Positions 52,130 through 62,441 of a stretch of DNA of 64,000 nt are shown here, in pieces. Within the stretch, counting starts at the first letter, position 1. Every line of letters starts with the position of its first letter. The notes below the pieces were generated by a model. That model was not told where the DNA came from. It saw only the letters and a list, made by a program, of their open reading frames with translations, and ran no database searches. This DNA comes from a virus (lineage: Duplodnaviria; Heunggongvirae; Uroviricota; Caudoviricetes). A program made the position numbers and the translations under genes. The stretch is from the IMG/VR virus record IMGVR_UViG_3300045988_158394; one strand, written 5' to 3'.

Positions 52130-52622
52130 GCTGGCCTGAAGCATTCGCAACGGTAGGAATTGTGATGGCGGCAGCACTGGGTTTGTATTCAATTTGTCGC
52201 TGGTGGTAACGATGGGAAAAATAACTTTTGTAGTCGATTTGAGGATGGTAAAGAGCCACCTGTTAGCGCCAATCTTGATGTTGCTGGTGGAAGGCTTGTT
52301 TCGGTTCTATTTGGTGACAACCGAGATGACTTCTTCCAACCAGAAGAAGTTGATGTAGTGCGAGAGGCATTAAACGAGTTAAGTGTTGACAACGATGATG
52401 CTCATGCGGAAATCATCCAAAAAATGGAACTGCTAACTCACTAAATTATCAATTATGGTGCTATCACCTACGACACCGAGAGAAAATTTATAATGTCAAA
52501 AGTAAATGTTTTGATTTTTTCAGCAATTGTTGGCTTTGGTTTTACTGCCGGAGTGCAGATTTATATTACGTGGGAAAAAATCATCAACTACGCATGGAGT
52601 TGTTTTATTAAGTGAGGTAAGT

Positions 52623-52916
52623 ATGTGGAGAGGTAATAGTCATGGCAAAAGCCAGATGATACTTACCGAATATCAGCTCGACCACAAAACCAATAAATCA
52701 CGTTCAGTATATTTGCTTCGCCACAATAGCCGCGTAAGGAATACCGTACTGGAGCAAAATCTGACCGTTGAAATGGATAATTACGGGGGCTTCAAGCCAA
52801 CAATATCGCTTGATGATTTTCCTCGTGGTTTAAGCGAAAGAGAAGCAATGCTGAAATTAGCAGAATGGCTACAAAGATTAAGCATTGCTATTGAAGATAA
52901 CTGGTCTGAACCTTAA
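52623..52916 (+). CDS. Hypothetical protein
   Basis: Start at ATG 52623 after GAGG; the longer track ORF starts at 52527. Confidence 0.4.
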   Translation: MWRGNSHGKSQMILTEYQLDHKTNKSRSVYLLRHNSRVRNTVLEQNLTVEMDNYGGFKPTISLDDFPRGLSEREAMLKLAEWLQRLSIAIEDNWSEP

Positions 52917-52922
52917 ATTAAT

Positions 52923-53297
52923 ATGATGACACTAAAACATTTTCTTGACCGCCCATTATGGGCGGCAGCCGCAGGCTATGACTTTAATTATATGGATTGC
53001 ATGTCTTATACTGCCAATGCATACGACCATTCGTTCAGCCTGCTGTTTAATTCTTTAAGAATATTGCCGGAAACAGAAGTTGGAGAGCTTCATTTATGGA
53101 TATTGGGCTTTATCGCGGCTGTCGTTGGTATTGCTGTATGGCCTTTTATTTTCTGGCTGGTGGCTGTTGTAGTGTGGTTTAAGTGCAAGACATACCGGAG
53201 AAAGTATTTCTTAGGTGATGGAATGACTGATATTGCCAAAATGAACATTGAAAAATGGACTAAGGAATGTGAAAAGAAATGGCGCAAAAAGAAATGA
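52923..53297 (+). CDS. Membrane protein
   Basis: 124 aa with a hydrophobic segment (LWILGFIAAVVGIAVWPFIFWLVAVVVWF). Confidence 0.45.
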   Translation: MMTLKHFLDRPLWAAAAGYDFNYMDCMSYTANAYDHSFSLLFNSLRILPETEVGELHLWILGFIAAVVGIAVWPFIFWLVAVVVWFKCKTYRRKYFLGDGMTDIAKMNIEKWTKECEKKWRKKK

Positions 53298-54211
53298 CCA
53301 GAATCACTGAAGAGCGTATATCAGAGACTATTTCCCGTATCGAAATGTATGGTCACGGTGCTGGATATACGGCAGATGAAGTATTGGCACTTGCCCAAAT
53401 GGCTTTGGCGGCTTGCAAAGATGATAAAAAAATGAAGCTTATCGACTTGTTAGTGAAGGAGCTGTCTAAGTGCGGCGGGTGGCCTGATGGAATGAGTTAT
53501 TGTTACCTACCCAGTGTCAATTTAATGGCACCATGCGCGACTTTTGCTTTTGGCTCAGACCACAAAAAAGACACTTTCTTTGGGCGCAATTTTTGTTGTG
53601 AGATTGAGCTTCCAATTGGTGACCTTGATAGCGATGAATACCAGTCAGTTGTCACTCGCGAACAATACGAATCAGCTCTCATAGCGTCGCAGAAAGTCGA
53701 GTTCAATGGTGATGAACTTGAAAGTAAGACTTACAGGTTGGATTTTGGGCAATGGCTGGAACAGCAACGCGGGAAAATCGATGTGGACTGTGGTTGTGTG
53801 TCCACTGAAACATTCATGCACTGGCTGCGGGTAGCTTACGAGGCTGGCAACTATCCGGACATTCCGGATAGTTCGGTGCCAGCGAAAGGAAAGGGCGTCC
53901 CCGGTGAACGTATCCGAATTAAGCCGCATGTTTATCGCGAACTGGTTAACCGCCTCCACGATACAGCGGTCAAGTGTGCTGGCACCCAGCAATTACGAGA
54001 AAGAATTAGCCGTGTTTTGGGCGACGTTATTACGCCAGATCATCATAAACAAGCCGAGAAAAGTGACCTAGAAAGGTGTCACCTTGAGGCGGCATTAAAC
54101 ATTAAGCCGGGGCATACGCTTGGCATTATCGATGCTCTGTTGGTTCATAAGATGGCCATGGCTTTATTGCCGTTGGTGGATGCTGGCGATACAAGCGAGG
54201 GTGAAGTATGA
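53279..54211 (+). CDS. Hypothetical protein
   Basis: 310-aa ORF, coupled to neighbours. Confidence 0.45.
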   Translation: MAQKEMTRITEERISETISRIEMYGHGAGYTADEVLALAQMALAACKDDKKMKLIDLLVKELSKCGGWPDGMSYCYLPSVNLMAPCATFAFGSDHKKDTFFGRNFCCEIELPIGDLDSDEYQSVVTREQYESALIASQKVEFNGDELESKTYRLDFGQWLEQQRGKIDVDCGCVSTETFMHWLRVAYEAGNYPDIPDSSVPAKGKGVPGERIRIKPHVYRELVNRLHDTAVKCAGTQQLRERISRVLGDVITPDHHKQAEKSDLERCHLEAALNIKPGHTLGIIDALLVHKMAMALLPLVDAGDTSEGEV

Positions 54212-54570
54212 GAGTTGCAGATCACATCAAACACCTTGAAAGAATTATCGAAAACGGTGAACTCTTAAGAGATCAGATGAGACGCACGGCAGAAGTCAGA
54301 GAGGCGATAATCCGCAGTCAGGCTGGTAAATTAAAGCAATTGTCAGAGATTAACGCGCTATACAAGAACAGACGTAACCGGGCGGCGCGGCGGCTTCAGA
54401 AAGCACGTAATGAAATTAAATTGGTGGAGGCAAAACTGAAAAAACAGATTCAGCGTTACGATCAGCAAGATGCTTTTTATGCCGCCATCAAGGCGGCTGC
54501 TAATGAAATAGGCATCTGGAAGTTGCTGGTGGAGAAAGCAAAGACGAAGTTAAATGCCAACGAAAGCTGA
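54208..54570 (+). CDS. Basic coiled-coil protein
   Basis: 120-aa ORF rich in Lys/Arg heptads. Confidence 0.45.
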   Translation: MRVADHIKHLERIIENGELLRDQMRRTAEVREAIIRSQAGKLKQLSEINALYKNRRNRAARRLQKARNEIKLVEAKLKKQIQRYDQQDAFYAAIKAAANEIGIWKLLVEKAKTKLNANES

Positions 54571-55220
54571 ACTACAGGTACCCACCAGCACATACAGAAA
54601 ATGATTGTTTCCACATCAAGGAGATTTTAATGTTTCACTGAAACATTAAGTAAGCCAGTGCATAATTCCATTTTTTACTGACCTTAAAAGCAAAATCAAA
54701 ACGATGATGAGGATAATAGCCAGAATCTGGCTAATAACAGGCGCATCTAAAAATGCACTCAGGAACTGAAAAAAAGCAGTCATTAAGGTGGTTCCTTGTC
54801 AAATGTAAAGGAGCACTTGCTCACGTTGACGTAGAAACCCAACCCTTATATAGTTGGATTCGGTGAAAGAAAGTCGTTAACGTGAGCTTACGGCACATGT
54901 TTTCGGAACAACATCAGGGAACGGCTAATTCCTTGATGCGGGTGGGGTCTGTAATGCAGACCCTATCTATTAACGTCATGATTGCATCTCAAATTTTCTC
55001 CTTATCTTCATTAATCAAAATTCATTTCATTTGTGAAACATCACAATATTTAGAAAATGGCCCTCTTGCAAGTGCATAACTTTGTGGATAAATCAGGAAG
55101 AAAAAAGTTGATTCTGCGCACGGCAAGGCAGATAAGCTGTGCACAAAAATCAATGGGAGAAGAAAAAAAATTAAAAGTTACTTTGCTGGTTAAATAATAG
55201 TCGTTACTCAATTATTCTGG

Positions 55221-55484
55221 ATGGGATTTGATATGTACGATTGGAATATTGCAGCTAAAAGTCAGGAAGAACGGGATAAGGTTAACGTTGATCTGGCTGC
55301 CAGCGGTGTGGCGTACAAAGAGCGATTGAACATACCTGTCATAGCTGAACAGGTAGCCCGCGAGCAACCAGAGAATCTGCGCACCTATTTCATGGAACGG
55401 CTACGGCACTACTGGCAGTTAAGCCTCCAGTTGCCAAAAGGGAGCGATCCGGCATATCAGAAAGATGATGCCGTAAAGAAATAG
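55221..55484 (+). CDS. hot: Homologue of DNA polymerase III theta subunit (HolE-like)
   Basis: [43 protein letters not shown] aligns with E. coli HolE. Confidence 0.75.
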   Translation: MGFDMYDWNIAAKSQEERDKVNVDLAASGVAYKERLNIPVIAEQVAREQPENLRTYFMERLRHYWQLSLQLPKGSDPAYQKDDAVKK

Positions 55485-55610
55485 CGGTAGTTAACCGTTT
55501 TGAACTTCTCGTATCCTGGCAATGACAGCTTCATGCTGGGCTTGGATAGCGGCTTTTTCGTTTTCAAGTCGGGCAATAGACATCTCTAATTCTTTGCTGT
55601 ACCAGGCGAG

Positions 55611-56063
55611 TTAGGCCAGGTTCATCCGGTTGTGGTCGAGAGTTGGAGACACTTCGACGCGCTCCCTTTCTTCCTGCTTTAATGAGAAGAGATTCATCTC
55701 ATCCCTTGAGGAAAATTCAGCAACAATTTCTTGTTGATGATCCGGTCGCTGCGGCATCCTCGCCAGTATAAATGGCGGTTCTTTTGAAAACATGAATGTC
55801 GGCTGTGACCGTGTTTTCACCCATCTAGCCTGCTGTCTTTCGGCAAGTTCACAGGCTTCATCATAGTTATTTGCCAAACCAAGCACGGATGGACGGTCCC
55901 ACGCGCCACCATTCAGACAATAAACAACAATTTTCCCGTCATGTTCTGTAACCCCATAGGGATGGTCCCACCAGGCGTCCAGCTGAGCTTTAGAGCGTTT
56001 CTCGTTAGGAGTGCAGTCAAAATTTTTGGGCAATACAGGATCGAGAGGAATGCCATTAGGCAT
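55611..56063 (-). CDS. Hypothetical protein divergent from humD (P1 lxr position)
   Basis: 150-aa ORF; shares the LexA-box promoter region with humD. Confidence 0.5.
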   Translation of the reverse strand: MPNGIPLDPVLPKNFDCTPNEKRSKAQLDAWWDHPYGVTEHDGKIVVYCLNGGAWDRPSVLGLANNYDEACELAERQQARWVKTRSQPTFMFSKEPPFILARMPQRPDHQQEIVAEFSSRDEMNLFSLKQEERERVEVSPTLDHNRMNLA

Positions 56064-56200
56064 AGCTAATTCCTTATTAACTGATTGGCAACGAGGTTAC
56101 GCTGATCCGTTGGTGATGAATAGTAGCAAAGCGCACAAAATCATCAGCGGTTGTTGATGTACGTAACGCGTTTGCACCAAAGGTGTCTCTTTAATGTATA

Positions 56201-56216
56201 CTGTATAAATGAACAG
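56201..56216. promoter_or_regulatory. LexA (SOS) box
   Basis: Perfect CTGT-N8-ACAG palindrome (CTGTATAAATGAACAG) about 22 bp upstream of the humD start. Confidence 0.75.
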
Positions 56217-56237
56217 TATTATTGAGGTGAAAACGCT

Positions 56238-56627
56238 ATGGGCTTCCCTTCTCCTGCGGCGGATTATGTTGAAAGCCGAATTTCTCTTGATCAGCAACTA
56301 ATCAGGCATCCATCAGCAACCTACTTCATGCGGGCAGCTGATAGCCATCACCGTGAGGGAATATTGCAGGGTGCTTTGCTGGTGGTTGATTCCTCGCTTA
56401 CTCCGGTTGATGGTTCTCTGCTTGTGTGCGCTATGGAGGGTGAATATCGCATAAAGAGATACAGGAAGTATCCGCGCCAGCACCTGGAGGATTTAAGCAC
56501 CGGGAAGAAAGAGGCGTTACCAGTAGATGACGATGGATACACGGGCAGTAATGCTGTTTTTGGTGTGATCACTCATGTCATCAATGATGCCCGAAGTGGG
56601 GAATTTGATGATTGTCCGGTGATTTAA
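56238..56627 (+). CDS. humD: UmuD'-like protein (S24 peptidase family)
   Basis: 129 aa; resembles the processed form of UmuD; GAGGTGA RBS. Confidence 0.75.
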   Translation: MGFPSPAADYVESRISLDQQLIRHPSATYFMRAADSHHREGILQGALLVVDSSLTPVDGSLLVCAMEGEYRIKRYRKYPRQHLEDLSTGKKEALPVDDDGYTGSNAVFGVITHVINDARSGEFDDCPVI

Positions 56628-56667
56628 GCTGCAAAGTGCTGGTGCTTTATGCCTGTGAAGTTTATAA

Positions 56668-56692
56668 TTGTGTACACATAACGAGTACACGA
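56668..56692. promoter_or_regulatory. phd-doc operator palindromes
   Basis: TGTGTACACA and GAGTACACGA half-site palindromes overlap the phd promoter/RBS. Confidence 0.55.
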
Positions 56693-56699
56693 GGTGTTT

Positions 56700-56921
56700 A
56701 TGCGATCCATTAACTTCCGTACCGCGCGCGGCAACCTTTCTGAAGTGCTCAACAATGTTGAAGCCGGGGAAGAGGTTGAAATCACCCGCAGAGGCCGTGA
56801 GCCAGCAGTAATTGTCAGCAAGGCTACTTTCGAAGCCTACAAAAAAGCGGCGCTGGATGCTGAATTTGCATCCCTGTTTGACACCCTGGACTCCACCAAC
56901 AAGGAACTGGTTAACCGATAA
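56700..56921 (+). CDS. phd: Antitoxin Phd
   Basis: 73 aa from ATG 56700 (GAGGTG RBS): [39 protein letters not shown]...; stop overlaps the doc start (TAATG). Confidence 0.85.
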   Translation: MRSINFRTARGNLSEVLNNVEAGEEVEITRRGREPAVIVSKATFEAYKKAALDAEFASLFDTLDSTNKELVNR

Positions 56922-57301
56922 TGAGGCATATATCACCGGAAGAACTTATTGCGCTTCATGATGCGAATATAAACCGCTACGGCGGCCTGCCGGGAATGTC
57001 AGATCCGGGTAGGGCAGAGGCCATTATCGGGAGAGTTCAGGCCAGAGTTGCCTACGAAGAGATCACCGACCTTTTCGAAGTCTCCGCCACCTACCTGGTG
57101 GCTACAGCGAGAGGGCATATATTCAATGATGCCAATAAGCGTACCGCGCTAAACAGTGCGCTGTTATTTCTACGCCGTAACGGGGTGCAGGTATTTGACT
57201 CCCCTGAACTGGTAGACCTTACCGTAGGGGCTGCGACCGGAGAGATATCTGTATCTACTGTCGCCGCCACGTTACGTAGATTGTATGGTTCTGCGGAGTA
57301 G
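56921..57301 (+). CDS. doc: Toxin Doc (Fic-fold kinase)
   Basis: 126 aa; Fic-type motif [19 protein letters not shown]. Confidence 0.85.
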   Translation: MRHISPEELIALHDANINRYGGLPGMSDPGRAEAIIGRVQARVAYEEITDLFEVSATYLVATARGHIFNDANKRTALNSALLFLRRNGVQVFDSPELVDLTVGAATGEISVSTVAATLRRLYGSAE

Positions 57302-57485
57302 ATCAATGGCACGTAAATACAACAAATTGTCCCGTAGAGCGTTAAAGATGCTTCTTGATGGCGTGAGTCGCCGCGAGGTAAAGCAATACCTGGTTGGTAA
57401 GCAAATTGGTGCCAGGACCGCTATTGCTGTGTTATGCCGTCAGGAAATGGTTGTGCTTAAACAGAGAATGCCGGGCAGCAGATAA
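57285..57485 (+). CDS. Small basic protein downstream of doc (P1 pdcA position)
   Basis: 66-aa ORF; alternative start at 57306. Confidence 0.4.
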   Translation: MVLRSRSMARKYNKLSRRALKMLLDGVSRREVKQYLVGKQIGARTAIAVLCRQEMVVLKQRMPGSR

Positions 57486-57512
57486 AGCCCAATCAGTGAT
57501 GAAAGGTGTGAT

Positions 57513-58556
57513 GTGAAAGCCGTAATTACTCCCTTTGTACAAAAAGAGCTTGGCGTCGCCACATTCAAAGTGGATCAGGAAGTCAGAAAGCTGGTGGAGG
57601 CTGGCCGTAAATTTATTATGGAGCCGGTGCCGCGTGAGTTAATCGAGCACATGGACGACGGCCTCGTTGTTTCCGAGCAAACTATGGCAACAAATGAGGC
57701 GTTGCAGCCGTTTTTTAACAGCGATGAACTGTTTCGCCGTATTGGTGGAATTGACGCGCTGGTGGCGTGGTTGCGTAGGAAAGAGGGTCAATGCCAGGCC
57801 GCAGATCGTAGTTGGTGTGACAACCATATTGTCCACGCTGAACGAGACAATAGCGCGGTGTTGTTGTGCTGGCATCACGATAACCATTACCGGATGCGTG
57901 GTTTTAATGAGCTGAAAGAAACGCTGCATAATAATCGCGTTAACTGGATACTGGATGTCGCCCGTCAGGAAATGGGGCTTTCAGATGGCCATGATTTAAG
58001 TATTCAGGAACTGTGCTGGTGGGCTTTCATGCGCAACATGATGCACCTGATGCCGGAAGAAGTTTGCCGTATATCAATAAATAAGATGAAAGCCGCAACG
58101 CAGGATAGCGGACCTCTGAAAGAGGCGGATATTCGCCCGTATGACGATCGCGCTACAGCATATGTTCAGATGATGGAAGAACGCGCCGCGCCGATGCGTG
58201 CAAAAGTATGCTCTGTGGATGTTGACTCCGACCCTGGCATGGCGCATTTCAAAATACCAAAACTGCAATCGCTAAAATTACCTGAGTACATGGACTTTGT
58301 TGCTTCCCGTCCATGCTGTGGGTGTGGAGCGGCGGGAGCTGGCGCTCACATTACGCCTTATATCGTTCGTCATAGTCGATTATGCGCGCATGACATTTAC
58401 GCAATTCCTCTGTGCCAGTCATGCCAGCGTGATATTGAGCGTGACCGCGATAATTGGGAGAAGACGCACGGTAGGCTGGCGATGCATCAACGATTGTTCT
58501 TTGATTACGCGCTTGGAGTCGGCGCTATCACAAGTCACTCGTCGAGTGTTAGATAA
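57513..58556 (+). CDS. Hypothetical protein (P1 pdcB position)
   Basis: 347 aa; Cys-rich C-terminus ([12 protein letters not shown]...[12 protein letters not shown]). Confidence 0.5.
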   Translation: MKAVITPFVQKELGVATFKVDQEVRKLVEAGRKFIMEPVPRELIEHMDDGLVVSEQTMATNEALQPFFNSDELFRRIGGIDALVAWLRRKEGQCQAADRSWCDNHIVHAERDNSAVLLCWHHDNHYRMRGFNELKETLHNNRVNWILDVARQEMGLSDGHDLSIQELCWWAFMRNMMHLMPEEVCRISINKMKAATQDSGPLKEADIRPYDDRATAYVQMMEERAAPMRAKVCSVDVDSDPGMAHFKIPKLQSLKLPEYMDFVASRPCCGCGAAGAGAHITPYIVRHSRLCAHDIYAIPLCQSCQRDIERDRDNWEKTHGRLAMHQRLFFDYALGVGAITSHSSSVR

Positions 58557-58557
58557 A

Positions 58558-58574
58558 ATTGCTCTAATGTATTG
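58558..58574 (+). promoter_or_regulatory. C1-operator-like site (14/17) upstream of lpa
   Basis: ATTGCTCTAATGTATTG immediately after the upstream stop, about 70 bp before lpa. Confidence 0.5.
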
Positions 58575-58644
58575 CTATTTCTTTAATCGATGGTATTATA
58601 TTCCACGTTGATTAGTTGACATGGGCTAATCAGTAGGTGACAGG

Positions 58645-59097
58645 ATGTTACTTAACTGGCAGGGACGCCACTTCATGGAAATAAAACACTCACGAATAAC
58701 ATCGTACGAGATTGCGGATTACATGATCCGCACTAAATCTCTTCTATCAGCGAAAGAACTCGCAGCAATTCTTGAAAAGGAATACCCGCATCTGGATGTC
58801 GATAAGCGCGATGTTTATCTGCGCTTAAAGGCTATCGCTGTGTCTAAGTATTCGTCTGTTTTGATTGATGACAGTACACGCCCACGTAGATTTCAGATCC
58901 ACTCTCTGAATCCTGAATTCTTTCGCCGTAGCCGCGCTCCGCGCCGGTTTGATGAAAAACTCCAGAACGAACTCTATATGACGCAGGACGAAAAGGAACG
59001 CCGGGAGCACCAGCCTTGGGTAATGGCGCGTCAACTTTTCAATAAGGTGGCCCGTCAGCACCGTCATTACGGTAATGCCACATCCGCACGTATCTGA
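58645..59097 (+). CDS. lpa: Late promoter activator Lpa
   Basis: 150-aa ORF directly upstream of pacA, under a C1-operator-like site. Confidence 0.6.
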   Translation: MLLNWQGRHFMEIKHSRITSYEIADYMIRTKSLLSAKELAAILEKEYPHLDVDKRDVYLRLKAIAVSKYSSVLIDDSTRPRRFQIHSLNPEFFRRSRAPRRFDEKLQNELYMTQDEKERREHQPWVMARQLFNKVARQHRHYGNATSARI

Positions 59098-59182
59098 TTG
59101 ATTGCTTGCCCGTTCCGGGCCTTTTGACATGTGACTTTCGTTACCCTCGCGTCAAAAAGAGTTTTTACGAAAGGAAGCATAA

Positions 59183-60376
59183 GTGACCTGGGACGATCAC
59201 AAAAAGAATTTTGCTCGCCTGGCGCGAGATGGTGGTTACACCATCGCACAGTATGCCGCCGAGTTTAATCTTAACCCTAATACCGCACGTCGTTATCTCC
59301 GTGCCTTCAAAGAAGACACCAGGACTGCGGACAGCCGCAAGCCAAATAAGCCAGTCAGGAAGCCACTAAAAAGCATGATCATTGATCACTCTAATGATCA
59401 ACATGCAGGTGATCATATTGCGGCTGAAATAGCGGAAAAACAGAGAGTTAATGCCGTTGTCAGTGCCGCAGTCGAGAATGCGAAGCGCCAAAATAAGCGC
59501 ATAAATGATCGTTCAGATGATCATGACGTGATCACCCGCGCCCACCGGACCTTACGTGATCGCCTGGAACGCGACACCCTGGATGATGATGGTGAACGCT
59601 TTGAATTCGAAGCTGGCGATTACCTGATAGATAACGTTGAAGCGCGGAAGGCCGCGCGCGCTATGTTGCGTCGGTCCGGGGCCGATGTTCTGGAAACCAC
59701 TCTTCTTGAAAAGTCTCTTTCTCATCTCCTTATGCTGGAGAACGCCAGGGATACGTGTATTCGCCTGGTGCAGGAAATGCGCGATCAGCAAAAGGACGAT
59801 GATGAAGGTACTCCGCCTGAATACCGTATCGCGAGCATGCTAAACAGCTGTTCCGCGCAGATAAGCAGCCTGATCAACACCATTTACAGCATCCGGAATA
59901 ACTATCGAAAAGAAAGCCGGGAGGCGGAAAAGCACGCTTTGTCTATGGGGCAAGCTGGCATTGTTAAGCTGGCATACGAACGAAAGCGTGAAAATAACTG
60001 GTCAGTGCTGGAAGCAGCTGAATTCATCGAGGCGCATGGCGGGAAAGTGCCGCCCCTGATGCTGGAGCAAATCAAAGCCGATCTGCGTGCTCCGAAGACC
60101 AATACCGATGATGAGGAAAGGCAAACAGCCGTCGGTGGCCCTTCTCTTGAAGATCTGGACAAAGTTGCGCGAGAACGGGCCGCCAACCGCCGCGCCGATG
60201 CCGCATTGTGGATTGAGCAGCGTAGGGAAGAAATCGCCGATATCGTTGATACAGGCGGTTATGGAGATGTTGATACTGAAGGTGTATCAAACGACCCATG
60301 GCTGGAACAAGACCTGGACGAAGACGAGGAGGAAGACGAAGAAGTTACCCGCAAGCTATACGGGGATGATGATTAA
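59183..60376 (+). CDS. pacA: Terminase small subunit PacA (contains pac site)
   Basis: 397 aa; GTG start after AAGGAAG; the GATC-rich pac site lies inside the 5' part; acidic C-terminus. Confidence 0.8.
   Translation: MTWDDHKKNFARLARDGGYTIAQYAAEFNLNPNTARRYLRAFKEDTRTADSRKPNKPVRKPLKSMIIDHSNDQHAGDHIAAEIAEKQRVNAVVSAAVENAKRQNKRINDRSDDHDVITRAHRTLRDRLERDTLDDDGERFEFEAGDYLIDNVEARKAARAMLRRSGADVLETTLLEKSLSHLLMLENARDTCIRLVQEMRDQQKDDDEGTPPEYRIASMLNSCSAQISSLINTIYSIRNNYRKESREAEKHALSMGQAGIVKLAYERKRENNWSVLEAAEFIEAHGGKVPPLMLEQIKADLRAPKTNTDDEERQTAVGGPSLEDLDKVARERAANRRADAALWIEQRREEIADIVDTGGYGDVDTEGVSNDPWLEQDLDEDEEEDEEVTRKLYGDDD
59374..59536. other. pac packaging site (Dam-methylatable hexanucleotide clusters)
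   Basis: Four TGATCA/G-type elements at 59375-59416 and three at 59505-59534, about 162 bp in all, as described for P1 pac. Confidence 0.8.
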
Positions 60377-61860
60377 TGGCCAGAAGTTGCGTAACGGATC
60401 CACGTTGGCGCGAGCTGGTGGCGCTATATCGTTATGACTGGATTGCTGCCGCTGATGTTTTGTTCGGCAAAACACCTACCTGGCAGCAGGATCTGATTAT
60501 TGAGTCTGTGCAGGAACAGGGTAGCAAGACATCTGTTTCGTCTGGTCACGGTACCGGGAAATCAGACATGACTTCTATCATGATCATGTTGTTCATAATC
60601 ATGTATCCCGGTGCCCGCGCCATTATCGTTGCGAACAAAATTCAGCAGGTAATGACCGGTATATTCAAGTACATCAAGATAAACTGGGCTACTGCCACCA
60701 GCCGTTTCCCATGGCTTGCTGATTATTTTGTTCTGACAGAAACCGCTTTCTATGAGGTTACTGGTAAAGGTGTATGGACTGTAGTACCGAAGGGCTTTCG
60801 TCTGGGAAGTGAAGAAGCTCTCGCCGGTGAACACGCAGATCATCTTCTGTATATTATCGATGAAGCCTCCGGTGTCAGTGATAGAGCTTTCGGTATCATC
60901 ACCGGTGCTCTTACCGGACAGGATAACCGCATCTTATTGCTGTCACAGCCTACACGCCCAAGCGGCTATTTCTACGATACTCACCATAAACTGGCCAAGC
61001 GTCCTGGTAACCCTGATGGCGTTTATACGGCGATCACGCTTAACAGTGAGGAATCACCGCTGGTAACGCCAGCATTTATCAAAATGAAGCTGGCGGAGTA
61101 CGGCGGTCGCGATAACCCTATGTACATGATTAAGGTACGCGGCCTATTCCCTAAATCACAGGATGGCTTCCTTCTTGGACGTGATGAGGTTGAACGTGCA
61201 ACGCGGCGGAAAGTCAAGATTGCAAAAGGATGGGGCTGGCTTGCATGTGTGGACGTTGCTGGTGGTACGGGACGGGATAAGTCCGTTATCAATATCATGA
61301 TGGTGTCCGGCCAGAGAAATAAACGCCGTGTAATCAACTATCGAATGCTGGAATACACAGACGTTACAGAAACGCAGCTTGCCGCCAAAATTTTCGCAGA
61401 ATGTAATCCTGAGCGATTCCCAAATATTACCATAGCGATAGACGGCGATGGCCTGGGTAAAGCAACGGCGGATCTGATGTACGAGTATTATGGTATTACC
61501 GTACAGCGTATACGCTGGGGTAAAAAGATGCATAGCCGTGAAGATAAGAGCCTGTACTTTGATAAACGTGCTTATGCCAACGTTCAAGCCGCAGAGGCCG
61601 TAAAATCTGGTCGTATGAGACTGGATAAGGGTAATGAAACTATTGAGGAAGCGTCGAAAATCCCTGTAGGGATTAACTCCGCAGGTCAATGGAAGGTGAT
61701 GAGTAAGGAGGATATGAAGAAAAAACTCAACCTGCACTCACCAGACCATTGGGATACATATTGTTTCGCTATGCTGGCGGATTATGTTCCCCAGGACGAA
61801 GTGCTTAGCGTCGAAGACGAAGCGCAGGTTGATGAAGCTCTGGCATGGCTTAATGAATGA
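60376..61860 (+). CDS. pacB: Terminase large subunit PacB
   Basis: 494 aa; Walker-A-like SSGHGTGKS, Walker-B-like [10 protein letters not shown]; start overlaps the pacA stop. Confidence 0.8.
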   Translation: MARSCVTDPRWRELVALYRYDWIAAADVLFGKTPTWQQDLIIESVQEQGSKTSVSSGHGTGKSDMTSIMIMLFIIMYPGARAIIVANKIQQVMTGIFKYIKINWATATSRFPWLADYFVLTETAFYEVTGKGVWTVVPKGFRLGSEEALAGEHADHLLYIIDEASGVSDRAFGIITGALTGQDNRILLLSQPTRPSGYFYDTHHKLAKRPGNPDGVYTAITLNSEESPLVTPAFIKMKLAEYGGRDNPMYMIKVRGLFPKSQDGFLLGRDEVERATRRKVKIAKGWGWLACVDVAGGTGRDKSVINIMMVSGQRNKRRVINYRMLEYTDVTETQLAAKIFAECNPERFPNITIAIDGDGLGKATADLMYEYYGITVQRIRWGKKMHSREDKSLYFDKRAYANVQAAEAVKSGRMRLDKGNETIEEASKIPVGINSAGQWKVMSKEDMKKKLNLHSPDHWDTYCFAMLADYVPQDEVLSVEDEAQVDEALAWLNE

Positions 61861-61863
61861 ATA

Positions 61864-61880
61864 TTTGCTCTAATAAATTG
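61864..61880 (+). promoter_or_regulatory. C1-repressor operator (15/17) heading the second immI-like module
   Basis: TTTGCTCTAATAAATTG, 4 bp after the pacB stop. Confidence 0.6.
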
Positions 61881-62011
61881 TGTTTTTTAACTACCGATGT
61901 TACATTGAACCTGACCTCTTGCGCCTTGAGGCATTTTCGGTTTATGCTTATCAGGCACCTCAGTAAAACGGGTGCCGGGATTGAGACCCCGGATAATGCA
62001 AAAGGCGACAC

Positions 62012-62034
62012 AGACGCCAAAAGCGTCTTTTTTT
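62012..62034 (+). terminator. Terminator/attenuator hairpin in the leader of the second immI-like module
   Basis: AGACGC-CAAAA-GCGTCT followed by TTTTTTT. Confidence 0.55.
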
Positions 62035-62083
62035 GTGTCATGCCATCGCACAGCCATACGTAGCGTTTAGCTCAGAGATCAAT

Positions 62084-62159
62084 GGTAGTGCTGGCTGGGC
62101 TGCCGAAAGGCAGGCCGGTTCCCTTTTGCGCCGGTAGTCTCAACCCAGTCAGTGCTACC
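62084..62159 (+). ncRNA. c4-like antisense RNA, second diverged copy
   Basis: GGTAGTGCTGG...CCAGTCAGTGCTACC closing stem with internal hairpins, same position relative to icd' as the first c4; GTCTCAA is complementary to TTGAGAC downstream. Confidence 0.4.
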
Positions 62160-62219
62160 GCCATTGAGATTGAGACCTCACGCGGTAGCTCCTTAAATTA
62201 GCAAAAGGAGGCTGCCATT

Positions 62220-62441
62220 GTGGCTACTATCCCTACCCCTGCTCATCCTGAATTTATCTGGCGCTTTTACTCCTGCCAAAAACGTCACTATCACTTCGTT
62301 ATTGCACCGACAGAAGATGAGGCACGTTCTCAGCTTCCGGATGCTCCCTGTATTTTCTCTGCCCGCTTTTCTACCGATTCGCGCAATTCTCTCAGTTACT
62401 GGTGCCTCCCTGTTAACGCTTCTGCTCAGGAGGGACTATGA
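62220..62441 (+). CDS. Icd paralogue (73 aa)
   Basis: MATIPTPAHPEFIWRFYSCQKRHYHFVIAPTEDEARSQLPDAPCIF... clearly paralogous to Icd at 11994-12215; GTG start after AAGGAGG; stop overlaps the next start. Confidence 0.7.
   Translation: MATIPTPAHPEFIWRFYSCQKRHYHFVIAPTEDEARSQLPDAPCIFSARFSTDSRNSLSYWCLPVNASAQEGL

Noticed and set aside
52212-52443. Possible small ORF after the DUF551-like gene
   Set aside because: The frame with a plausible product has no start codon upstream of a late GTG; treated as non-coding.
55083-55091. Perfect DnaA box TGTGGATAA upstream of hot
   Set aside because: A single 9-mer is expected by chance at this sequence length and has no iteron or GATC context.
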